Source: Carpediemonas membranifera BICM
Lineage: Eukaryota; Protista; Fornicata
Assembly (NCBI GenBank): GCA_019828565.1
Contig: JAHDYR010000011.1
Span: forward strand, 6,972-70,971
DNA: 64,000 bases
Direction: 5' to 3'
Shown: in pieces, positions 20,794 to 32,134 of the stretch
How positions within the stretch are numbered: position 1 is the first letter of the stretch
Layout: every line of letters begins with the position of its first letter
Position numbers and translations under genes: made by a program
Notes under the pieces: model-generated
Databases searched by the model: none
What the model was told of the DNA's origin: nothing
Seen by the model: the letters and a program-made list of their open reading frames with translations, nothing else

Positions 20794-22695
20794 GTGTGGG
20801 AACAATTCAGGGTAGCTCCAGCAGTAGTAGCGCGGGTACGAGACGGAATCCCCGTCGAGATCACAGCGCCTCCACCACCGGCAGCCCCACAGAGGACCAT
20901 CGACCCGAGGATACTTCCGAAGCTCGAATCAATGACACAACAAGGAATCATCGAGCCGACGCCCCTCAGTCAGCTCAAGCACAGCGCCCCGCTGTTTGCT
21001 GTCCCCAAGGGGGAAGACATAAGAGTGATCCACGACCTGAGGCGGCTGAACACGGTCACACGCGAACGCCGCTCCTTCCGTCTGTTCGGCATACGTCGTG
21101 CCATCAACACACTCTCCAGCCAGGCCTGGATGGCCAAGATAGACCTAAGATCCGGCTACTCACAGCTGGCCATCAGAGACTCGGACAAACCGCTCCTGGG
21201 CATCGCTCTGCCCGACGGTCGGGCGTTCCAATACCGCACGCTAGGCTTCGGTTGGACCGCCGCGCCTTATTTCTTCCAGTCCGCTATGGTCCAGGTAGCA
21301 AAGGTCATCGCCCTCCGCCACAAGGTAATCGTCAACGTCTACCTCGACGACTTCTTACTGTCAGCCGACAGCAGAGACCACCTCAGCAAGGAAATACCCA
21401 AGATCATCAAGACGATGGAGGCACTGGGCCTCATCCCGTCGCTGGAGAAGTGCATCTTAACACCGTGCCAGTGCATAGAATTCCTTGGCCTGCTCCTGAA
21501 CACCACGTCCAACACCATCCGTCTCCCCGCCGACAAGGCCAAGAGGTACGCAGAGGCCCTATCAGAAGCACTCGTCAAGAAGCGCATCCGCGCGAAAGAC
21601 TGGGCGAAGATCGTAGGCAAGCTCTCCTTCTTCGCCACCTCTGCAAGACGGGCTACCCTGAAGCTCCGCACGCTCCCCTCTGCCACGGAGAACTGGGTCG
21701 ACATCCACCCCTACACAGCAGACCTCAAGGAGTGGCTGCAGCTCCTGGCCGTCCGACCAACCCGCTCCTTCGCCGAGTTGAAGAACCTATGGTCTCAGGA
21801 CCAGCAACTAGAGCTGATTATTTCCACAGATGCGTCGGGCACAGGCTGGGGAGCCCAGTGGACCAACACGTCCGCGAACTCCCACGGTTCTTTCAAGGGC
21901 GCACTGGCGGAACAATCTATCAACGTGAAGGAGCTCGCCGCAGTCCTCTTTGGCTCACGCATCATACCAGCACAGGACTCAGAGCGCAATCTCACGGTCT
22001 TCTCAGACAACAGCTCGTGCGTCGCCTGGATCAACAAGGAGGGCAGCTCAAAGGCCCCCCCGATGGCGCTACAGACACTCAGGATACTCTACAAGGAGAT
22101 GGAACGCAAGAAGCTCCTCATACACGCTCGACACACCCCAGGCCACCTCAATCTCGCCGCAGACCGACTGTCACGCGGGTTGTCCACCCCACCCCACGTG
22201 CTGGAGACAATTCTCGAGACTTGGGGCCCCGTCGACGTGGACGCTACAGCACACCCAGACCGCACTCTACGCCTCCCAGGGTTTACCATCGAACACTGGC
22301 CGGACGGCCTGTTCAGGGACTGGCGCGGACACCGCGTTTATGCCGCGCCACACCCGTCCCCGATGACCTTGGGACGGACATGGCAGACCCTCCTACCGAT
22401 CTTAACGACCCCGACTACATCCCCTCCGAACTCGTGGACCTCAGCATGCTTCCTCGTCGTGCCAGACATTACGAGCCCCGAACTCCAACAACTCAAGGCG
22501 CACGCGACATGCAAGATTCCCTTCTCAGTACCGAAAGACGACTTCGCATCAGAGGACCAACAACTCCTAGACCGTCTCTCCAGGCCAAACGGGACCATCC
22601 GCTTCATAGCTCTCGCCTTCAGGACACGTTCTCCAGAATCCTGCAGCACCCAATACTGTCTCACATGCGCCGAGACGAGTCCAAGCGCTCAGTAG
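20794..22695 (+). CDS. RT-RNase H-MT-like pol of DIRS-like element #2 (uninterrupted, no early ATG)
   Basis: IDLRSGYSQ, LGFGWTAAP, YLDD, STDASGTGWGA, INVKELAAV, SDNSS, HTPGHLNLAADRLSR, WGPVDVDATA...YAAP. Confidence 0.93.
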   Translation: MWEQFRVAPAVVARVRDGIPVEITAPPPPAAPQRTIDPRILPKLESMTQQGIIEPTPLSQLKHSAPLFAVPKGEDIRVIHDLRRLNTVTRERRSFRLFGIRRAINTLSSQAWMAKIDLRSGYSQLAIRDSDKPLLGIALPDGRAFQYRTLGFGWTAAPYFFQSAMVQVAKVIALRHKVIVNVYLDDFLLSADSRDHLSKEIPKIIKTMEALGLIPSLEKCILTPCQCIEFLGLLLNTTSNTIRLPADKAKRYAEALSEALVKKRIRAKDWAKIVGKLSFFATSARRATLKLRTLPSATENWVDIHPYTADLKEWLQLLAVRPTRSFAELKNLWSQDQQLELIISTDASGTGWGAQWTNTSANSHGSFKGALAEQSINVKELAAVLFGSRIIPAQDSERNLTVFSDNSSCVAWINKEGSSKAPPMALQTLRILYKEMERKKLLIHARHTPGHLNLAADRLSRGLSTPPHVLETILETWGPVDVDATAHPDRTLRLPGFTIEHWPDGLFRDWRGHRVYAAPHPSPMTLGRTWQTLLPILTTPTTSPPNSWTSACFLVVPDITSPELQQLKAHATCKIPFSVPKDDFASEDQQLLDRLSRPNGTIRFIALAFRTRSPESCSTQYCLTCAETSPSAQ

Positions 22696-23524
22696 CCGGA
22701 TGGATTACAGCATTCCTTGAGTACCGCGACCCACACGAGGACGACACCGATGAGTACCGAGCCTTCCTGGAGGACGAGGCCGAGTATAATGCACCAGCCA
22801 CGGTCGATCGAAAGGGATACTGGATCGAGAAGGCCGCCCCACTCTTTTCCGACTGGACCCCCAGCACCTACTGTCCACAAATCAGAAGAGGCATAGCAGA
22901 CAACGCCAACACCACCGGCATGACAGGCGGGTCAGCCCCAGTCACAAGGGAGGACATGATCAGGGCCATCAAGTCCAGGAACAGCGACATCGCGACGTAC
23001 CAAGCGACACTATTCGCCGCGATTGCTTACCTGACCGTGAGCCGCGGAGCTGAAATCTTCAACCTGACGAGCGCTGACATCGTGTTCAAGACAAACGGGC
23101 CCAGCTGCTCCTTGGTCGCACAAAGACGCTTGCAAAGGTCACTAAGTCACTACCCAACACCCTACTAGGCCCATTCAACCCAGCGCTGGCCCTGAAGAGA
23201 TGGGTACGAGGCTTGAACCTTCCACCGGACGCCTGCATCTGGCGCGCGATCACATCCTCATCGAAGGTCAGCCGTAAGACCCCGTGCACAATGCGACGTA
23301 TGCGAGAGGAGCTACGCACAGTCTTCCACGACAACAGGATTGGCCTACACAGCTTCCGCAAGGGAGCGGCTTCCGAACTGGCACTAGCAGGCACACCGAT
23401 AGAGACCTTACTCCAACTCGGAACCTGGGCTAACGGCAACTCTCTCCGGCCTTACATCGGGGAGGCTATCCGCAACCACCCTCGTCAAACCCGACAAACT
23501 GCAAACACCCTGTTCCCATTCTAA
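22380..23524 (+). pseudogene. Tyrosine recombinase of DIRS-like element #2 (frameshift near 23100)
   Basis: SRGAEIF in ORF 20610-23168; HSFRKG...LGTW...RPY in ORF 23213-23524. Confidence 0.88.
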
Positions 23525-23710
23525 CACCATAAACCATCGCACCGGAGGCCGTCAAGGAGACGCCCGGTCCAGCCGAAAGCAGCAAGGAGCTGCTGGCACT
23601 TGAGGCAGGCATGGAGCCGCCATACTCCACTGTAATTACTCTACTTACCTCAGATCTGCGGACGGTGTTCCCCTTTGGGAGTATGAGTTAGGTGGCTAGC
23701 CTAGTCTAGC

Positions 23711-23739
23711 ATTCGTCAATAAACATATGTGCGAAGTGG
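23711..23739 (+). repeat. 29-bp target-site duplication, left copy (tRNA-Leu 3' end plus trailer)
   Basis: ATTCGTCAATAAACATATGTGCGAAGTGG, identical to 27521-27549. Confidence 0.95.
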
Positions 23740-26700
23740 ATTAACGGAACATCACGATGGAAGGCAATTCGGGCGGCAATGAGCTTCCCAATCCGCCTCC
23801 AGACGATTCTAGATCCGTTCATCGTCGTTATTTGGCTTTCCTCGCAGAGGCCAACACGATTCAGAGAGAATACCACGGAATGATTCCAACAACCTTCCTA
23901 CAGACCTGGTTTGCCGAAGAGGGCGTTTTACACGTCCTTAGAGACAATGAACTGCTACGTAAGATCCTTCAGACGCCCAAGAAGAAGATCAAGACATCTG
24001 ACTTCTATGCGATTCTCTGCAGGTTGGCGACGGCTGCTCTAGGGCAGCTACCAGCTCGTTGGCCGAAGATCCAAAGTGTCAAGACGATCGATAGAGTTCA
24101 GCGCTACGCGAAGAGGCTGATCTCGCTTACTGACCACGAGTTCGTCTTCGTCAGGGATCCAGAGGGCGCCTTGCCAAGGCCGCAGCATCCGTTGGCGTCC
24201 CCCACCCCCTCTCTAACTGATGTAGGGACTACTGGCCCGCTTCCCTCGCCTCTCCACGAGGGCAACATTGGCACGCCATCCCTCTCGCCCCTGCCTCAGC
24301 ATCGCCATCATTCTGCCTCCATCGTCGACGCGGCTCGAGTAACGCAAGCCGAGCCAGCTCCGGAGCCACAGGCAGTATCGGTGATAGACTGCTTCAGTGT
24401 CGGATCTGACGCGGAGCAACCCAACCCCAGAGACCGAGTCTCAATTGAGGGCACACAGCCGCAGAGCCCTCTCTCCGCCACCCACATGCCTGGTGCGCCC
24501 CCTCTTGTCGCGCAGGGTGGCTCCCAGACTCATGTCTCGCCAGCCGCCGACCTGGGCTCACAGCTCGAGTCATCCCTCGCCACTCCACTCCCTCCTCCCC
24601 CCGCCATCATGTTCACGTGCCGTCACGACGGTGCGAACAGGCGGCCGGAGTGGCTCCCGTCTCCGAAAGTAGCCCTATCACTGGGTCGCATGAAGCCCTC
24701 AACCCGGAAGGCGACCGCCTGGTCACGCGGTCTTGTCGACCGGTTGACAGATGTCGCTTCGGCCCAGCCTGCCACGAAGACGGAACGTCTACTCCAGCTC
24801 GCGAGGTACCCAGCAACGCTGGACACCTTTGTCGCCTCCTCTCGCCGTCCCCCTAGGTCCGCCCCCAACCGGGCCCGCACCCGCAGGAGCAAGCGTGCAC
24901 TACTTCAAGCCAAGAGTGGCTACTTGGCAAGAGCAGTCAATACGCTCATGTGCCCTGAGCAGTCCAAGTCGGACGAGGAGGTCGACCGCGAGTTGGCGGA
25001 GCTGCAAGCACACCCCTCCCCTGATGGCCTCGAGGCTTTCTCTTGGTCAGACGTGCCAGCGGCCCCGTTATCGTCTATCACCATCTCCCGAAAGACCCTC
25101 AAGAAGAAAGCTCTTGGGTCCCTCCCCGCCGACAAGGCTCCCGGACCCACCGGCCTGAGCTTCCTCCACCTGAGGGTAGCCTACAAGATCATGCGCAAGG
25201 AGCTCGTCGCAGCTCTCTTGCCGATCGTGCAGGCGATCATCGATGGTGACAATAACTACGCAATCTTCAGCCACAGCATCTTAGTACCCATCCCGAAGAA
25301 GAACGGCAAGCTCCGTCCGGTAGCAATGGGAGAAGCCCTGCGCCGCATCGCGGCCAAGGCTGCTGCCGAAACTGTCCTGCCGAAGCTCCGCGAGGAGGTC
25401 TTCGTTGACCAGTTCGGGTTGGGAGAGAGTTGTGGTCTGGAGCGCATGGTCGCCATCACCAGGCGTCACTTCGACGACGGTGGTACGGTCCTATCCCTGG
25501 ACCTGTCGAACGCGTACAATACCCTGAGCCGGGACTTCCTGCTGAGATGTGTCAGCACCTACTGTCCCGCCCTGGTTGACTACGTGAAGGGGCAGTACTC
25601 TTCGTCGCTGCTCCTCTCCACGTCGGGAGTCGTCCTTCGTTCAGAGGAAGGGGTTCAGCAGGGTGACCCGCTGTCTCCGCTTCTATTCTCCCTTGGGATG
25701 AAGCCCGTCTTGGATCGTCTACGCAGCATCTACAACGTCCGTGTAGTCGCGTACCAGGACGACACGTACATCCTGACCGACCGGGCATCGGCTGATGAGA
25801 TCGCGAAAACCGCTAAGCAGCTCTTCTCCCAAGTGGGGATGAGCCTCAACCTGTCCAAGTGCGTCGCGCTCATCCAAGGTGCCGGGCATGACACCAACCT
25901 GGATCGCCCCGACCATGTCCGTAGAGTGGGGGCCCATGTGATCACCGGTGTTCCCGTCGGTCCGGAGTCGTTCGTCCGGGGAGAAGTGCAGAGAGTTGTT
26001 GACAAGGCTGCCCTGACCCTCAAGGCCATCGCCGACTTCAGCGAGGATGTCGGTGCGGAGGGTGTTGGCCCAGCCCTGTCGATGATCAAGTTCTGTGTCC
26101 TCCCCAAGATTGCACACTTGATGCGTAATGTCGATCCCACCCCCGAGGTGCTCACTCCCGCAGAGACCTTCTGCCAGTCCACCCTATCCGACGTCGTTGG
26201 GAAGGTGCTTGGCCGCACCCTGTCGCCAGACATCAGTCAGGCCTTGGGGCTGCCGGCAAAGCATGGTGGCCTGGGCTTCGCGATGCCCACTATCGTCTGG
26301 CCGTGTGCCAGGATTGGTGCCCTGCGCCAACTTGCACGGTACGGGGAGAAGCATGGCCTTCCTGCCACCCTTTCCACAATCAGCGAAGGTTTCCAGCACC
26401 TCACAACTGGTTGGCCAGTCACCGAAGCCCAGCTGCTGGCCCTGCCTGAGAAGACACAGGCACACTTGGTTGACAAGATAACTACCAACATGACCAAGGA
26501 AGCTCGTGTCGACACAGCGCAGCCCAGTGTGCTAAGCCGCGCGCTGACTGCCGACCCCCTTCGCAGTCACGATCACACAACGAGCCTTACAGGTGTCCCG
26601 CTGCAGGCGGCCCTCAGAAAGCACCTCGGGCTTGCTGCCTTCGTGTCCGCGACTAAGTTCTGTCCAATCTGTGCCCTGAAGTCAGTAACCAATGCGGCAT

Positions 26701-27520
26701 CAGGCCAGTTGAACGTCGGAGCTGACCCCCGACACGTGTTGGCCACCCCAGAGCATATGGTGACATGCAAATGCCTTCACGGAGGAGCCAAGACCACCGC
26801 CAGGCACGACACGATCGTCGAGAGTCTCTTCTCGGAGCTCTCAAACAACGGTGTCCCTGCCAGGAAGGAGTTCTGGCTCCGCCACTCCTCCCGTTACACG
26901 AAAGACCCCGACACAACGCACAGAGACGCCCGAGTTGACGTCTTCGCGTTCAACGACCGCGGCACGAACCCTACGGCCATCGATGTTGTGGTCTCGAACG
27001 AGTACCACGACACGGCTCGGAAGAAGCGTGAGCGGTACGCCCCGTGGAATGTTGATGTGATCCCGGCCGTAGTGTCCCTCGATGGGCGCTGCGGTAGGCG
27101 CTCAGAGATGGGCGGCCACGTGGTGACGGCAAACGGTTGGATGAAGGAGTTCACCGCTTTGATGAGCGGCAAGAACGCAACACGTGTTCATGAACGTGTT
27201 TTCGCAGCAATTTGGAGAGGAAACTGCCTCGTTGCCCGTGATTGGACTGAAGAAGCACGGCACGCGGTCGCTGTGCTTGCATCGCATGGCTACAACGCCT
27301 TTTGCGATGACTAATTGATATTGATTTCTTTTTCAGCGCTACTTTCCGTATTCGTTGCTTTCTAAGCGAAATTCCCGCATTCGGTGTCGAAGTGCCGAAA
27401 ATCTGCAACGCGCACTTTTAGGCCCAACGCCTCGTATCGCCCCCACACCACCCCGAGCGTGCCCACGAGCGACCACGACGTCGAACGAGCCCTCCGTGTG
27501 CTTCTCCGTAGCGCTGACCG
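23740..27520 (+). mobile_element. Full-length CRE-like RLE non-LTR retrotransposon inserted at the tRNA-Leu 3' end, antisense
   Basis: Single intact ORF, 29-bp TSD, no poly(A). Confidence 0.95.
23757..27314 (+). CDS. RT / CCHC / RLE polyprotein, 1185 aa
   Basis: APGPTG, RPVAMGEALRR, DLSNAYN, GVQQGDPLSP, YQDD; CPIC...HMVTC, RHD, RVDV...AIDVVV...KKRERY. Confidence 0.95.
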   Translation: MEGNSGGNELPNPPPDDSRSVHRRYLAFLAEANTIQREYHGMIPTTFLQTWFAEEGVLHVLRDNELLRKILQTPKKKIKTSDFYAILCRLATAALGQLPARWPKIQSVKTIDRVQRYAKRLISLTDHEFVFVRDPEGALPRPQHPLASPTPSLTDVGTTGPLPSPLHEGNIGTPSLSPLPQHRHHSASIVDAARVTQAEPAPEPQAVSVIDCFSVGSDAEQPNPRDRVSIEGTQPQSPLSATHMPGAPPLVAQGGSQTHVSPAADLGSQLESSLATPLPPPPAIMFTCRHDGANRRPEWLPSPKVALSLGRMKPSTRKATAWSRGLVDRLTDVASAQPATKTERLLQLARYPATLDTFVASSRRPPRSAPNRARTRRSKRALLQAKSGYLARAVNTLMCPEQSKSDEEVDRELAELQAHPSPDGLEAFSWSDVPAAPLSSITISRKTLKKKALGSLPADKAPGPTGLSFLHLRVAYKIMRKELVAALLPIVQAIIDGDNNYAIFSHSILVPIPKKNGKLRPVAMGEALRRIAAKAAAETVLPKLREEVFVDQFGLGESCGLERMVAITRRHFDDGGTVLSLDLSNAYNTLSRDFLLRCVSTYCPALVDYVKGQYSSSLLLSTSGVVLRSEEGVQQGDPLSPLLFSLGMKPVLDRLRSIYNVRVVAYQDDTYILTDRASADEIAKTAKQLFSQVGMSLNLSKCVALIQGAGHDTNLDRPDHVRRVGAHVITGVPVGPESFVRGEVQRVVDKAALTLKAIADFSEDVGAEGVGPALSMIKFCVLPKIAHLMRNVDPTPEVLTPAETFCQSTLSDVVGKVLGRTLSPDISQALGLPAKHGGLGFAMPTIVWPCARIGALRQLARYGEKHGLPATLSTISEGFQHLTTGWPVTEAQLLALPEKTQAHLVDKITTNMTKEARVDTAQPSVLSRALTADPLRSHDHTTSLTGVPLQAALRKHLGLAAFVSATKFCPICALKSVTNAASGQLNVGADPRHVLATPEHMVTCKCLHGGAKTTARHDTIVESLFSELSNNGVPARKEFWLRHSSRYTKDPDTTHRDARVDVFAFNDRGTNPTAIDVVVSNEYHDTARKKRERYAPWNVDVIPAVVSLDGRCGRRSEMGGHVVTANGWMKEFTALMSGKNATRVHERVFAAIWRGNCLVARDWTEEARHAVAVLASHGYNAFCDD

Positions 27521-27549
27521 ATTCGTCAATAAACATATGTGCGAAGTGG
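27521..27549 (+). repeat. 29-bp target-site duplication, right copy
   Basis: Identical to 23711-23739; overlaps the last 12 nt of tRNA-Leu. Confidence 0.95.
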
Positions 27550-27619
27550 GATTCGAACCCACGCCCCCGAAGAGACTGGTGCCTTAAACCAGCGCCTTAG
27601 ACCACTCGGCCATCCGCAC
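27538..27619 (-). tRNA. tRNA-Leu(AAG)
   Basis: Acceptor GTGCGGA/TTCGCAC plus A73; D loop GCCGAGTGGTCTAAGGC; anticodon arm CTGGT-TTAAGGC-ACCAG; long variable arm; GTGGG-TTCGAAT-CCCAC. Confidence 0.97.
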
Positions 27620-27699
27620 ATTTTCGCAGGGCAGCGGAGCCCACACCAACTCGGAGAATGTGGCTGACGGTAATTCGGTGCGATTCGATCGTGCGAAGC

Positions 27700-27919
27700 G
27701 CAAGGAGGAAATCGTATCAAGCCCTCAGAAGGCTAGAGAGCATGGGAGATCGTAACAACGACAACGATGAGGTTCGGCAGCCCGAAGCCGACCTCCAATC
27801 CGCCAGCTGGCGTGATCCGGTCTCCGCTGTAGGGGAGATTGGAGCCGAGACATTTACGTTTACACAGACAGGATAACGCCCAAAACGATAAATATCTCGC
27901 CCCCCCATTAGGTTAGTAC
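27700..27919 (+). mobile_element. Possible divergent mini YR-element unit D, cut by the Gypsy C LTR
   Basis: Short ORF with hairpins, then CGTTTACAC..AT-rich..CGCCCCCC as in units B and C. Confidence 0.35.
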
Positions 27920-28309
27920 TGTGTAGTCTCCCTAGCCGTCTGCCCAGTCAGACGGAGTTGACTCCGGAGGGTGACTCAGACAAGAAAGAAAGAAATTTAC
28001 GGTGCTTGGATTCTGACCCTGGACTGAGCTTGGATCCCGTTGTCTTGGAGCTGAGTGCCCCGGGGTACTGCCTTGTCCCTGCAACAAGCTAGTCAGCTGC
28101 GCTTGCCTTGGGCTTCGGTGCTACTGTCGCCGCGGAAAGCCGATTCCAATCGCCCCAGAGGCCCTGCGGCCATCTCCTTGCAAACATGCTTTCCTGTCTC
28201 CCTGAAAGTCCGGCTGTCGCATCTAATGAGTAATTCAAATAAATCGAGTTCAGCACGACAGTGATCACTGTCCGAGAAAGCACCGCGAGCAAGAAATGAC
28301 AATTGCCGC

Positions 28310-28428
28310 TGTGGTGAGGCGCAGTTTAAGGTTTTGGTTTTTGACCATTTTCACCACTGCGGTTTCCAGGAGTAAATCAGTTCTCATCCATTAATTGGAA
28401 AGTTCCCTTCAAGGCCAAACCAAGCACA
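28310..28428 (+). repeat. 5' LTR of Gypsy D
   Basis: TGTGGTGAGG...CAAGCACA, identical to 32016-32134. Confidence 0.97.
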
Positions 28429-28439
28429 GTATCGATACT
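28428..28439 (+). other. 12-bp perfect palindrome AGTATCGATACT at the PBS position of Gypsy D
   Basis: Starts on the last LTR base; gag ATG at 28442. Confidence 0.85.
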
Positions 28440-28441
28440 AC

Positions 28442-31400
28442 ATGCAGTCTTTTGGCATCACCATCCCGTATTTGCGATCGCTTACGCGTTCTGCCTTCTT
28501 CACCTTCCAGGACGACGTCGATCACTACCAAGTTCAAGCGAGAGCCCTCAATCTCCAACTACCTCCCCTTGCAACCTTCCTTAGCCCATCTGTCACGCGC
28601 CTCGTGCGCCTCCGCGTCCCTATCGACGATATCCCCGACGGCGACCTCTTCGACACTATCGCGACCGAGTTCTTCAAGTTTCATACACAAGTTGAAGCTT
28701 ACCAGTCTATCCAGCGCCTCCGCCTGCGCTCCCTCGAGCCGCCGGCCCTCTTAGCCCACATAGACACTTACCATAAGACCCTCGCGCTATGTGATGATAA
28801 CACTCGCCCCATCGATCAACAGACGCGGAAGCTCTTCACTGCCTCGCTCCCCTCGGCCCTCAAGACTCGCCTCAAGATCGTTAGCCCCGAGACCTTCGCT
28901 GAGGCCTGTGAGGCGGCCATCACAGAGCTCGATGACATAGTCTCCATCCGCGCGCAGAGCGAATCTTTCCGCGACGAGCCCCGCCTCGACATGCCGCCCC
29001 GGCGCCCTCCGCCCATCAAGGCCAAGGCTGAGCCGACCGCCCCTACCGTCGATCGCCGGCCGAAGTCGGAGCTCATCTGCCACGGTTGTGGCCTCACAGG
29101 TCATGTACGGCCCGAGTGCCCTCACCGGGATCACCCCGGCTTCTTCGCGCATGGCATCCGTCGCCAAGCGCTCAACCTCACTGCTAAGTTGGCCGCCCAC
29201 ACCAACAACAGCAGCCCTCATGTGAGCCTCCATTTCTCTGACCACGTCCCTCGCACCGCCTTGCTTGATACCGGTGCCAGCCTTAACTTCATCCCTCCAG
29301 CGCTTGCCGAGGAGATGCACCTGCGTCTCTTCGAGGCCCACGTCCCGCTCGAGACGGCCAACGGCACTATTACCGCGGAGTATACGACCCGTCCCGTGAC
29401 TATCACACTGCAGCTCGAGCGCCCAGTGGAGGTCACGGCGGAGTTCTTCGTCCTCCCTTCCGCCGGAGAGCTAATCATCGGCGTGCCCACGATACGCGCC
29501 GTGGGTTTGTTGCCCGACCTGCTCGCCCCGCGCGCCGAGGCAGAGTTCGTTGAGGCCACCCCGGTGCCCCCTGCCTGACGATCGTGCACCAGCCGAGATC
29601 GCTCATCCGCTGATCCAGGACTACCCGGACCTGTTCGCTTCTGAACTGCCTGGTGTCATCGGTGTTGAGCCTTTCCACATTGACCTATCCGACACCGACG
29701 TCGCCCCGTTTCCACCGCGCCGTATGTCGCCCGCCCTAGCTGAGGCCGTCAAGGCAGAGGTAGATGGGCTCCTCGCCAGAGGCATTATCCAACCCTCGAC
29801 CTCGCCTTTCGCCTCCCCCGCCTTCACAGTGCCGAAGCGCGGGGGCAAGCGTCGCATGGTAATTGACTACCGGCGCCTGAACGAGAAAACGGTCCCCCTG
29901 CAGTACCCGCTAAGCAACCCGGCTGAGCTGCATCGTAGGCTCGCCGGCCATAACTACTACACGACGATTGACCTGGTCAGCGGATATCACCAGGTTCCGG
30001 TGGACCCGGCCTCCCGTCCTCTCACGGCATTCGCGACGCCCGCTGGCCTGTTTGAGTTCTGCCGTCTCCCTTTCGGTCTACGTTGTGCCCCTGCCTTTTT
30101 CCAACGTATGATGATGTCTGTGCTCAACGGACTCGTCGGTCGCATCTGTGAGGTATACCTAGACGACGTGATCATCCATGGGGACACCCAGGAAGAGCTG
30201 GATCGCAACACGCGCGCCGTATTCGACCGCCTCCAGCAACACCAGTTCCGTCTGGGTCGTGACAAGTGCCAGTTCGCGAAGACCGAGGTAGAGTACGTGG
30301 GACACCTCATCTCGAAGAAAGGCATCCGCACATCACCGGAGCGCGTCGCTGCTATCGTCGCGATGAAGCCCCCTTCGCCGGTTGCGGCGGTGTTCTCCTG
30401 CAGGAGAAGGACGGTGAGGAACAAGTCATCGCCTACACCTCCCACCGTTTCACTGAGGCCGAGCAACGCTGGAGCACCATCGAACAGGAGCTCTTTGGCG
30501 TGTTCCATGCCATCATCAGCTTCGAGCATTTCATCCTAGGGCACCCCTTCGTTGTCGAGACGGACCATCGGAATTTGACCTATCTTGAGTCCACCACTAC
30601 GCCTAAGCTCGTCCGCTGGCGCCTTCGCCTCTCCGAATACGACTTCACGGTCCGTCACATCGCCGGAGTCAACAACGAGGTGGCCGATTGCCTTTCCAGA
30701 TGCCTGACGATTCGCTCACAGCGCGTGGCATCCCCGGTGGACATTACCGACCAGGTACGGCAGCTTTTTGGCAAGTGCCACAACGCCCGTGTTGGACACA
30801 TGGGCACCCGCATCACGACGGATCGGATCGCCGCCCAGCTACCTTCGTTTGCCCGCAAGGCGATCGAGAAACACGTCAAGCCCCTAGTCCGTACATGCCC
30901 GGTGTGCCAGCTCACGCGACAGCGCGCCAAGGTCAGTGTAGACCTCCCTCGCCAGCCCACAATGGCACCGTACCCCCATGCACACCTGGGCCGTGGACTT
31001 TATTGGCCCGTTCCCGGAAGAACACGGTTTCCGTCACATCCTAGCCGCCGTTGACTGCTTCTCCCGGTTCGTGGAGCTAGTTCCCACGCCCGATTGCACC
31101 GCGCAGTCAGCGGTCACGGCCATCATGCAACTGGTGGGCCGCTACGGATGCCCGGCACACATTCGCTCTGATCAGGGCCCCCACTTTACCGCCCACCTGT
31201 TTGCTCAGCTCTCGCGCATCCTGAACATTCAGCACGACTTCACGCTCCCGTACCATCACCAGTATAACGGCATCATCGAGCGCCGCAACAAGGAAGTGAA
31301 CCGCCACCTCCGCGCCGCCATGAACGAGCTGACCGATGATTTAGCCGACTGGTTTGCCTGTCTCCCGCTTGTACAGCGCACTCTGAACTGCACGCCGTGT

Positions 31401-32003
31401 GCAGCCACCGGCAACATACCCCCGGCCAACATCATGTTCGGTAACCTCACCGACACGGACCGAGTACTGCTACACAACCCGGTGGAGGGGGTGGGCGACG
31501 TCGCATTGTACTACGACAACCTGCTTGAGGCACAGAGACAGCTTGTCAAGGCCGTGCCAGTTCCTAAGCCACGTCCGGTCACCCAGACCACTTTCACTGT
31601 CGGCCAAGCTGTTGTGGTCACCAGGCCCGACAATGCCCGTGGCCCCTCTCGTCTGAGCCCCATCTATATGGGCCCCTACACCGTAGCCTCCCTCGACGGC
31701 ACACTCGCCACCCTCACGAATCTTCGAACTCGTGCCGAAGAGACGTATGATCTCCGCCGCCTCGTTCCCTTCCTCGGCGACTACACCCCCGACGACCTCA
31801 CCGCCTTCGCTGCCGCCGGTGAGCAAGAATACACCGTCGAAGACATCATCGACCACCGCTCTGGTCGTACCAAGACCCGTTTCCGTTTCCGTGTCCGCTG
31901 GGCCGGCTACGGTCCCGATGACGACACCTGGCTTCCCTATGCCGAGGTCCGTGACCTCGAAGCCCTCGACCGGTACTTGTCGAAGACCGGCATTCAGCTG
32001 TAA
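28442..32003 (+). pseudogene. Gypsy D gag-PR-RT-RH-IN-chromo, broken by frameshifts and an internal deletion (~30370)
   Basis: CHGCGLTGHVRPEC, LLDTGA, YLDD, EQELFG/TDHRNL/ADCLSR, VDFIGP/SDQGP/ERRN, chromodomain YTVEDI...VRWAGY...DTW. Confidence 0.92.
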
Positions 32004-32015
32004 TAGAGAGGGTAG

Positions 32016-32134
32016 TGTGGTGAGGCGCAGTTTAAGGTTTTGGTTTTTGACCATTTTCACCACTGCGGTTTCCAGGAGTAAATCAGTTCTCATCCATTAA
32101 TTGGAAAGTTCCCTTCAAGGCCAAACCAAGCACA
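32016..32134 (+). repeat. 3' LTR of Gypsy D
   Basis: Identical to 28310-28428. Confidence 0.97.

Larger units (their letters stand above)
20121..23710 (+). mobile_element. DIRS-like tyrosine-recombinase retrotransposon #2
   Basis: gag, RT/RH/MT-like and YR ORFs; right end GCTAG-cctagt-CTAGC (23695-23710). Confidence 0.9.
28310..32134 (+). mobile_element. Ty3/Gypsy chromovirus D with both LTRs and a 4-bp TSD (CCGC)
   Basis: Identical 119-bp LTRs; CCGC at 28306-28309 and 32135-32138; PPT AGAGAGGGTAG before the 3' LTR. Confidence 0.96.
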
